A DNA stretch of 64,000 bases from Nitrosopumilus sp. (GTDB lineage: Archaea; Thermoproteota; Nitrososphaeria; Nitrososphaerales; Nitrosopumilaceae). Position 1 is the stretch's first letter. Each line of letters starts with the position of its first letter. Below, piece after piece: positions 1-9,300 of the stretch. The stretch is taken from assembly GCA_963662625.1 (NCBI GenBank), contig OY759726.1, positions 640,001 to 704,000 of the forward strand, written 5' to 3'. The notes below the pieces were generated by a model. It was not told where the DNA came from. It searched no databases and worked only from the letters and a program-made list of their open reading frames with translations. The position numbers and the translations under genes were made by a program.

Positions 1-170
1 GCGACGCCGGCCTTTTGCCGGGAGTTCATTCACCGGGGTTTGGCATGCGGGGTTTTTAAGGGTTGGCCGGCACGCGGCCTGTTGCACAACCATGTCTGGA
101 TCTGTCTTTATGGGTTGTTTTCTGTACCTGAAAATCGGGTCGCGCGGCAGACTGCTGGCCTGCGGCATGG
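1..170 (+). mobile_element. Right-end remnant of an IS110/IS1111-type element
   Basis: 83-152 aligns with the reverse complement of about 60440-60510, which lies downstream of a decayed IS110 transposase. Confidence 0.5.
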
Positions 171-322
171 TAGGCCGCTCCCTCCCTGCGTCCTGTGCGT
201 CGGGCGGGCAACCTATCTCGATTCGACCTGCAAAAGGGTGAAAAAGAGGCGATTCCCGCATGACCTTGTGTTCGTACTGCTTACAAAGGCGTGTTTTTAA
301 GCAAGAATCAGAGAGTGGGATC

Positions 323-1462
323 GTGGGAGAACGAGAAAGGCTGTCTTTAATCAAAAAAATTCAGGGACAGAGGGGGTCCAAAGTCATAACATATGTGGTG
401 GGAGATCGACCTAACCTGAATTTTCAAATAGGCAGCGATACCCCTAGGCTGTTCTACGACCATTTAGTCAGGCTTGGTGACAAGATTCCAAGGTTGGATC
501 TGTTCTTGTATAGCATCGGCGGGGACACAAGCGTGCCTTGGAGAATCATATCCTTGCTCAGAGAATTTGCGGGCGAGGTAAACGTGCTGGTACCACACAG
601 AGCGTACAGTGCAGCAACCATGATTTGCATGGGTTCGGACAGCATTCTGATGGGGAGAAAGGGGGAGCTGGGACCAATTGATCCTGCCGTCACCAGCGAG
701 TTTAACCCCATCGATCCAGTAATCCAAAATAGAAAAACGCCAATCAACGTAGAGGACGTAACCAGCTACCGTGACTTGATCAAAGAGAGATTCGGCATTG
801 TTTCTTCTGAAGAGATCTCAAAAGCGTTATTGGAATTGACCAAGGCGGTTAATCCTGTTGCCTTGGGTTACATCAATCGGCACTATTCGTTCATCAGGAT
901 GGTTGCGACCAAGCTTCTGAAATCCCACAACAAACCGTGCAATGACACAGTTATTGAAGAGCTCGTAAAAGAGCTGATCGAGAAAATATACTTTCACGGC
1001 CACGGGATAGCTAGGAAGGAAGCAAAGAGCATCGGCCTGCAGGTGGTTGAGCCCGACCTGCGCTTGGAAAAGGCGATGTGGGGCCTGTACCTAGAGTATG
1101 AGAAAGAGATGACTCTCTCAATGCCTTTTGTCCCGGAGGACATCTTGGAAGACCAAAAGACAGACAGCTACACGATGAAGGCAGTTTCTGGCGCATATAT
1201 CGAGTCTGAGAACTTTTGCCACGTGTTTGAAACGGACGTGAAACTCACTGCCACAAGGGCGGTCCCACAGAACCTCGCCATAAACATAAATTTCCAGATG
1301 CCGCGGCAGGCCGACCAGGCACGACTTGAAAATGCTGACCTGAGGCACGTTCAACAGCAAATCCAGCAGGTGGTTCAGGAGGAGGTCAGGAGGCAGTCCC
1401 CCGTGGTCGGATTTGACAGCAGGGTGACCCGGCTTAACTGGCACCAGAAAGACTGGCACTAA
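323..1462 (+). CDS. SDH-family ClpP/SppA-like serine protease
   Basis: Motifs LFLYSIGG, AYSAATMI, LGPIDP, HGHGI. GTG at 323 lies about 23 nt after TTTTTAA (ORF track starts at 260). Lower GC than the flanks. Confidence 0.85.
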   Translation: MGERERLSLIKKIQGQRGSKVITYVVGDRPNLNFQIGSDTPRLFYDHLVRLGDKIPRLDLFLYSIGGDTSVPWRIISLLREFAGEVNVLVPHRAYSAATMICMGSDSILMGRKGELGPIDPAVTSEFNPIDPVIQNRKTPINVEDVTSYRDLIKERFGIVSSEEISKALLELTKAVNPVALGYINRHYSFIRMVATKLLKSHNKPCNDTVIEELVKELIEKIYFHGHGIARKEAKSIGLQVVEPDLRLEKAMWGLYLEYEKEMTLSMPFVPEDILEDQKTDSYTMKAVSGAYIESENFCHVFETDVKLTATRAVPQNLAININFQMPRQADQARLENADLRHVQQQIQQVVQEEVRRQSPVVGFDSRVTRLNWHQKDWH

Positions 1463-1608
1463 GCAGGCGAAAACGACTCGCTTGCGGAGGTGTAGTCCTT
1501 GATTATTGGCGACTGGACGATCTTGATCTGGAATTTCGAGCTTGCATACGTGGTCTTGAAGGTCGTGAACGGAACTACGCTCACGGTTACCTTGACTTTC
1601 TTTTCCAT
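1459..1608 (-). CDS. Small hypothetical protein, 49 aa (MEKKVKVTVSVVPFTT...)
   Basis: Read manually, below the ORF-track cutoff. ATG is preceded by TATA-like TTTAAATATA (about 1629-1638), and the stop overlaps the protease stop convergently. Confidence 0.55.
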   Translation of the reverse strand: MEKKVKVTVSVVPFTTFKTTYASSKFQIKIVQSPIIKDYTSASESFSPA

Positions 1609-1649
1609 TGCGCCTTGGTTTACTTGCATATATTTAAAGGATTGAATGT

Positions 1650-2250
1650 TTGGCGCGCGAGTCCACGACTGGCGCCTGCATGACGGTCATGGTGCAGGTC
1701 ATGCCGTGGGCCGCCCCCGGCACGCCCCCGTCCGGGCCGGCTTGCGCCGGCACGGCCTCTCGTTGTTGGGCCGCGGGGCGCCCCGGCGGCCGGCATGTGC
1801 CACATTATGGCAGCCGTCCCCGTCGGCCGCCACGGTTGTGGCCGACGTGCGCTTGTCTGCATGCATTCTGCGCGTGGGTGCATGTGCCACGTCCATCCTA
1901 GCGCCACATCACACGGCCGCGTTAGTGGCCGCGTACTCGGCGGCGCCGGCCGGGTTGTCGGGGCCCGTTTTTTTGATCCTCCCGTGTGCGGCGGTTCCCG
2001 GACTGGGAGGCCACCGGCACCGGGAGATCCCAAGAAGGCGTACAGGAAAGATGCCGGATCTGGGGTCAAAACCAAGATGCCGCGGCGAACACGGCGTGCG
2101 CGAACAACGGGAGCACCCGACACGCGGAAGGGTGGCCGCTCCTGGGCCGTCCCGCGATCCGACGCGCCGCCCCTGCGGCGCATGCAGGCCAACATGCTCC
2201 CGCGCATGCGGGGGCGGGGTTGGTTTCTGCGGCATGCCTTCAAATAATGC
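1650..2250 (-). pseudogene. Decayed IS110-family transposase, C-terminal half
   Basis: Frame-broken GRIKKTG...AAEYAATNAAV segment, similar to the relic at 60600-61300. Confidence 0.55.
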
Positions 2251-2289
2251 ACGCTGGTGCCGGGCAGGGTGGCGTTGGGCCTTGCTCCG

Positions 2290-3032
2290 TTACTTTTTTA
2301 ATTTCTTGGCCATTACGTACCCAAGCCCCAATGCAGCCAAACCGCCAATGGCAACCTCCCACCACTTCAATGGCTTGTCAGGACCCACTTTTTTAGGCAG
2401 GCGGCACGTTTTTGGGACTGGCGCGATTATCGAATGCCTGATTGCTGCACGATCCAAAATTACTGGCGGGGCATCATGAGGAGGATAGCTGTGTGCTGGG
2501 TTGATGTGGGCTAGCGGGTAGTCCGGCGGCGGTTCCATCTCGGACTCTATGATGCCATCCGGCATGACTTTGACGTGTATTTGCAGCTGTTCCCGCAACC
2601 GGAATGCCAGCCCGAAAACCTGGCCGTGGTCGTCTTCACGTATTTGTTTCTTGAACCCCAGGCCGATCAGCCTTTGCCGAAACAGCGAGACGTCCTTGGG
2701 GCGGATCTTGAAACACCTGCAGTGGTGCTCGTCTGATGAATTTGGCGTGTTGCTTGTCAGGATGAGGCCCCGACGATCGTGGTCCAGGTCCGTGATTCAT
2801 TCTAAAAGCAGCTGCAGGTACACCCCGTCCTCGGTTTGGACGTGGGGGACCTTGCGGAGATCGTCCGCCGTCCCGCTCAGGAGCAGGGTTTCCTGCATCG
2901 GGCCGTTCTTTGCGGTGCCCCACAACTTTGATCTGGGCCTGGTCTTTGCGCGGCCCTCGACTATTTCCACGTTGGTTTTTTTGGAGTGCTCCCTCAGCGC
3001 TTGGACCGACTTGTCGAGCTTCGGCCTGTCAT
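2290..3032 (-). pseudogene. Interrupted ORF(s) for a C-terminally membrane-anchored protein, homologous to 54083-54649
   Basis: ORFs 2290-2598 and 2797-3234 share a frame separated by a single TGA (2797-2799). C-terminal TM segment WWEVAIGGLAALGLGYVMAKK. Confidence 0.5.
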
Positions 3033-3397
3033 AGCCGGCAAGAACGGCATGGGCGGACTCGGCCGCGCCCGCCACGCCCCGGGACTGGATTTTGTGTTTG
3101 CCGGGACGGGTGACACGCCGCGTGGGAGCGCCCGGCAGTCCCGAGGAATGGGGCGGGCGCACGCCGCCATGGCAAGGGTTCGGGGCCGGGCCGCGTATAC
3201 CTGCCTGCCGTGACCGTTTTCCCATGCATAACATGCGTGATTCCGCCTATAAAGGCACGACGCCGTCCCGCGCCTGGCCGTGGGTGCCCGGGCGCCGCCT
3301 GCGTGCACGCGGCACCAGGCGCGCACGGGCCGTTAACGCGCCGCCTTGGGCAGCCCGGCGCGGGCAGGATGCGGCCTTGGCCGGGGGGCGCTCCCGC

Positions 3398-6300
3398 CTA
3401 CGTCGCCGGCGCCAGGCCTATGGCCATCGTGACCGACGAGCCGGGCGCCGGGTCGATCGCCGTGTGCACGCCCTTTATCTTGCTCGCCGCGTCCGTGGGC
3501 GAGGTCGCCACGTACCCCGCCGGGAGGGCCACCTGCGCGACCCAGTCGGCCGGCGCGATGTCGGTCTTCGACGCCGCCCCGCCGGCGCCGGTGGTGACCG
3601 CCTCCAGCTCGTTGGTGGTGTACGAGTAGACGTCGATCCTGATTCCGGGGAACGGCCCCTCGCCGGGGTCCCTGACCCCGTTGGCGTTGTCGTCCCTGTA
3701 CACCGTGGCGTACAGCGAGACGGCCTCCTCGGGCAGCACCTGGCGGAAGCCCACGTCGAAGGTGGCCGTCCCGCCCCTGGCCGGCGCCAGGTACGCGTAG
3801 AAGCTCGGCGTGGTGAGGGTGTGGTCGAACGGGAAGTAGGTGGCCTGGAGCAGCGTGAGGCGCGGCGACGGCGGTATGGCGTCAAAGGCGTACCCGCCGT
3901 CGGCGCCCGTCGTCGATTCCTGCAGGGCGCCGGTCAGCACGTCTATGGCGTACATCGCGTAGCCCGGCAGGCCGGGCTCGCCGGCGCCCTGCCTGCCGTC
4001 GCCGTCGGCGTCGGTGAAGACGGTCCCCGACAGCGTGGCGTAGACCGACGGCGACAGCGGTTCCAGCGCAAAGTCGACGGTCTGGGCGGCCCCCGGGGCC
4101 ACCGTGACCGTCCTGGAGTAGGACTGGCCCGCCGACGGGACGTGCGTGTCCGGCGCGTCCACCTGGGCGGTCCAGGGCCCGGCCGCGACGTTCGAGAAGG
4201 AATAGTACCCGCCGGCGTTGGACCTCGCGGTGTAGGTGGCCCCGGCGCCGTAGAGGGTGACGCCGGCCTCGATCCCGGCCTCCCCCGCGTCCCGGATCCC
4301 GTCGCCGTCGGAGTCGCTGAAGACCGTCCCCCGTATGGACGGGGTGGACGCGGCCCCGCGGTCCTTCCAGGCGCCGCCCTCCACCGCCCAGAGGTTGAAG
4401 CTGCGCAGCGCCAGGTCGCCGTTTGCGTCAAGCGCGTTGGGCCCCAGGGCGCCGCCCGTCCTGGCCGCGGCGGCCGCCGGCACGTGCGGGAGCACGTCCG
4501 TCCCGGTGGCGCTCTGGGCCCGGTCTATGGCCTGGCCCGCCACCCAGACGGCGTCGTAGGAGGAGTACGCGTACACCGACGGGTCCCTGCCCAGGCCGTC
4601 CCTGACGTACTTTGCGACGGCGGCCGTCGCGTCGGTGCGCTGCTCCTTGAACTGGATGGAGGTCAGCCGCGTGGACTCCGCGAACGCCAGCGCCGCCGGG
4701 TCGGCGGTGATCCTGGGGCTGTTGGCGTTCACGCCCGCGTCGAACCACTTCAGCGAGGGGAGCGCGTCCGTGGCGGCCGCGGCGGCCGACAGGCCCGCCA
4801 GCTCGGCCCACCCGAGGAAGAGCACCCCCACGCCCGAGGCGTCGGCGCGGCCCTGGACGGCGGCCTGCGCGGCCCGCGCCGTGGCCGCAAAGTCCGCCGT
4901 GCCCGGCTCGTAGGGCACCCGCGACGCCACGGTGCCGCCCCTGGCCTCGTAGGCCGCCGCGGCGGCGGCGAGCATGTCGTTCCCCCAGGTGTCGTTCCTG
5001 TATATTATCACCAGCGAGTCCGTGCCCGAGTCGACGGCGTGCTGCGCGAGCAGCGGCGCCAGGGAGGTGCTCGTCGGGCTCATCCGGAATATCCCGTCGG
5101 GCTTTGCCAGCGACGGCGCCGCCGAGCAGCAGCTCACCAGCACCATCCCGTTGGCGTTGACATAGTCGGCCACGTACTTTACGCTGGCGCTGGTCGGGAC
5201 CCCGAGCACCACGTCGACGCCCTGGGCCTTGAGGGACTGGATCTGCCTCAGCGTGGTCGGGCCGTCCAGCCCGTTGTCCTGGTACGGCGCGGCCAGCGTC
5301 CACCCCCTGCCCTGCGAGGCGAGCCACGCGTTGAGGTCGTCGACGGCCTTGGCCGACGCCAGCCTGGCCTCCTGCCCCTCCAGCTTTACGGCGGGCGCCT
5401 CGGAGAGCAGCAGCCCCACCTTGACGCTGCCTGCAAGCGGCGTTACGCACGCGCCGGTGTACGGGTGCTGCCCCTGCCCCGGCCCGCACACCCCCGTGGA
5501 GACGGATGTGCCGTCGGTGGTCGCCGCCGCCCGGACGCCGGCGTTCCCCGCCAGGTCGGAATAGTCTATCGAGAACGTGACGGGGGCGCCCAGCGACGCC
5601 AGGTCCGTGAACGTCCGCGACGCCGTCCACGCGTTCCCCTGCCCGCCGGCGGCCTGGGCCGCGGAGCCGTTGATCGTGGCCGAGGGGGCCGATATCGGCT
5701 CGGACGCCGCGAACCCCAGCGTCACGGTGTCGCCCACGGTGGCAAGGCCGGGGTCGGCGTTCGACGAGTACATGGTGACGGAGAGGAGCGACGGGGCCTG
5801 GCCGTCGGCCGCGGGGACGGTGCGGGGCCCGGCAAGCGCGTTGCCGTCGGCGTCGCGGATCCCGCCGCCCAGGGTGAGCGTCGCCGTGGCGTGGGCTGGC
5901 ACCGCGGGGCCGCCGAACGTCACCGCGGCCGAGGGGCCGGATATTGCGGCGGCCGTGGCGGTCCTGGGGCCCCCGGGCGACAGCTCCAGGCCGGTAAAGT
6001 CCGCGGCGGCGGCCGTGACGGGCTCGGTGAAGGTGACGGTTATCTGGTTGGGCCCGGTCACCGCCGAGGAGGCGTGGAGCGGCGGGAGTCCCACGTTGCT
6101 GTAGGTCACCGACGAGCCGTCCGTCGTCGCGGTCACCCGCGCCCCGGCCTGCCCGTCCAGGCCGGTATAGTCTATCGTGAACGCGACCCCGCCGTCGGCG
6201 TCGCCCTGGCCCATGGTCCTGGACGCGGTCCACTGGTTGCCCGACGGGTTGGAGACGCCGGTCACATGGATGCCGCCGATGGTCACCGTGGGGATGGCCA

Positions 6301-9300
6301 CCGTCTCGGAGGCCGTGAAGGTCACCGTGACGGCGTCCCCGACCGTGGCCTGGTACGCGCTCGTCGCGTTGTCCGACGATATGGAGACGGCGGTCAGCGC
6401 CGGCGGCTGGCCCGCCGTGGCGCGCTGGCCGCTGGCCCCCGCAAACGCGGCACCGTCGTTGTCCACCACCCCGGTGCCGATGTCGAGGATGGCCGTGGCG
6501 TCTGTGGACACGCCGGGGCCCCCAAAGGCAAGCACCAGGGTGGCCGAGCCCGAGCCGGATACCGCCGTGACGGCCCTCTGGCCCCCGGGGAAGAGCTGCA
6601 GGTTGGCAAAGTCGGAGGCGGCGGCGCGGACGCCCTCGGAGAAGACCAGCGTTATCTGGTTCGGGCCCGTGACTGCCGCGGACAGCAGCACTGGGACCTG
6701 CCCGGCGGTGACCGCGACGTTGTCCAGCGCCGTAAGCGGGTTGCGCACCAGGTCGGCCACCTGCGACGACACATCCATGACGCCAGAGGCCCCCACCGGG
6801 GCCCTGCCGCCGCCGAAGGTGAGCACTATGGTGTCGGTTCCGGAGCCCGATGCCGCCGTGACTTCCCTCATGTCCGCGCTGCCGCTCAGCCACAGGTTGG
6901 TAAAGTGCGCGGCCTCGGCGTCGACGGGTTCTGAGAACCTGACGGTGATCTCGTTGCCGTCCGTGACCGACGCGGAGACCAGCGTCGGGGGGGCCCTATT
7001 CTCGATCCTTATGGTCTTTGCCCCAAGCGCGATGTCGGCCAGGTCCTTGACGGCGGTGACCTGGACCGTCCCGGTCGTGGTGTCGGGGGCGCGACTGCCG
7101 ATGTAGGTTATGTAATGGATCGAACCGCTCAGATTCGTGTCCGTGACGTTCCTGTAGTCGTCGGTGCCCAGCACCAGCCCCGTGTAGGACGAGCCGGCGT
7201 GGGCTTTGACAGCCTCGGAGTAGGCCACGGCTATTGTCATGCCGGAGGCAAACTCCCCCCGGAGCGCGACCGGGGCCTGCCCGTCGGCCACCGGGATGCC
7301 GGGGTACCTGGCATCAGGGGCCCTCGGCTTCGTGTACCCGTCGGCATCCCCCGCGAACTTGTTGCCCGCGGCATCTGTCACCGAGTCCAGGATGTCGATC
7401 TTTGCGGTGGAGTCGGTCTTTGTGACCCTTGGGCCGTCAAAGGCAATGAGGTATGCGGATCCCGCCCCCGTGACGCCCGTGATCTTTCTGGCGTCCGGGG
7501 AGGCGCCGGGCCCGGGGATGATCCTGAGGTTGTCAAAGTCCGCCCTCGTGGCAGATACCCTCTCGGAGAACTCCGCGGTAAGCTGGTTGGGGCCGGTGAC
7601 GGACATCCTCACGGAGGGGGCCTGCCCGTCGCCGACCAGCTGGTCGTTGAGCGGCCTTATCATGTTTGGCGTGGCGGCTTTGTCGATCAGGGCAGATATG
7701 TCGATGGTCGCGTGGGAGCCGGTGGGGGCCTTGCCGCCGGCGAAGGTGAGCGTTATGGTGCTGGGGTTGGGGAAGGCGATGCCATCGACGGCCCGCGGGT
7801 GGTTGCCGTTGAGCCTCAGGTCGTAAAAGTTGTTCTCGTATGCGGTCACGGGCTCCGAGAACACCAAGGTTATCTGGTTTGCGGCCGTGATCTTGGCGGA
7901 GACCAGCTTCGGGATCTGTCCCGCCGTGACGGTGTAGGTTATGTACCCGGGCGCGTCCGGGACCCAGAGCCTGTTTCCGGCGGGATCGGAGATTCCCCCG
8001 GTGACGCCTATGGTTCCCGAGGTGCCGGTGGGCACGGCTGGGCCGCCGAAGGTAAGGTCAAGGATGGCGGAGGAGGAGTTGGTGGTGTCCGGGGATACGG
8101 AGTTGACGTTCCTGTAGCTGCCGTCGGACAGGCGGAACGACACGAACGCGGACCGTATGTCGCCGCCGGCGGGCGCCGTGACGGGCTCTGAGAACTCCGC
8201 GGTCGCCTTGTTGGGCGCGGTGATGGAGATCGACTCCAGGACGGGCGCCTGCCCGTCGCCGACCGGGATTGCGTATTTCTTGCTGGCAGTGATCGGGTAG
8301 ATTACCCCCGGATACCCCCCCGCGAACTTGTTGGCCGCCGAGCGGTCGGCTACCCGGTTTGATATGTCGATGTAGCCCTGCGCGTCGTCGCCTACGCCCT
8401 TGCCGTCAAAGGTCATGGTGTAGGTGGAGCCCGATCCCGTAAAGCTTGTGATCTCTCTTGCGTCGGTGCTGCCGGCCATGGTGCCGATCCCAAAGCCGGC
8501 AAAGTGATCCCTTGCAGCATAGACGGGCTCCGAGAACTCCGCGGTAAGCTGGTTGGGCCCGGTGACGGACATCTTCACGGTGGGGGCCTGCCCGTCTCCG
8601 ACCCGCTGATTGTCGAGATTCCCGATCGTGTTACGCGGGGTGGCGGCGTCGTAGACGCCCGTGATGTCTATGGTGGCCGTGGAGCCGGTCGGGGCCCCGT
8701 TCCCGCCGGAGTCGTCGGCAAAGGTCAGGGTGTATGTGGCGCTCGGCCCGTTGCCCGGGGATATGCCGGTGATCAACCTTGCGGTGGTGCTGCCGTCGAG
8801 CCTCAGGTCGCCGAAGTCTCCCAGCACGGCGGTGACGGGCTCGGTAAAGATCGCGGTTATTTCGTTGGGCGCGGTGATCCTGACAGAGTCCACGGCCGGG
8901 ATCTGCGCGGCCTCCACGGTTCCGCCCCTCACCGGGGCCAGCCTGTTGCCCGTGGCGTCCGCCACGCCGCTGCTGACGCTGATGGCTGCGGTCTTGCGCA
9001 CGCCTACCGGGCCCGGCGTCGTGTCGGTGCCGATGTCAAACGTGATCTTAAAGTCCGAGGCGGCTGTGCCTTCCGACACGGTGGTTATTCCCCTGGGGGC
9101 GCGCTCGCCGGAGATTGTCAGGTTCGTGACGTTGGAATAGTTGCTATTGTCCCACGCCGTTACGGTGGGTGCATTCATGCGCTCGGAGAACCTCAGTGTG
9201 ACCTGGTCGCTCTCTGTGATGCCAGCCCATTCCAGCCTCGGCGCCTGGCCGTCGTGGACTGCCGCGTTGAACTCGGTGGGGACCGGGTCGCCGGCGAGGA

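Noticed and set aside
2797-2799. Selenocysteine or recoded TGA
   Set aside because: No Cys-type motif context or evident SECIS, and TGA is used as a normal stop throughout the window
3092-6934. 1280-aa plus-strand ORF and many similar Arg/Gly/Pro-rich ORFs
   Set aside because: Antisense or alternate-frame shadows of real genes in high-GC DNA
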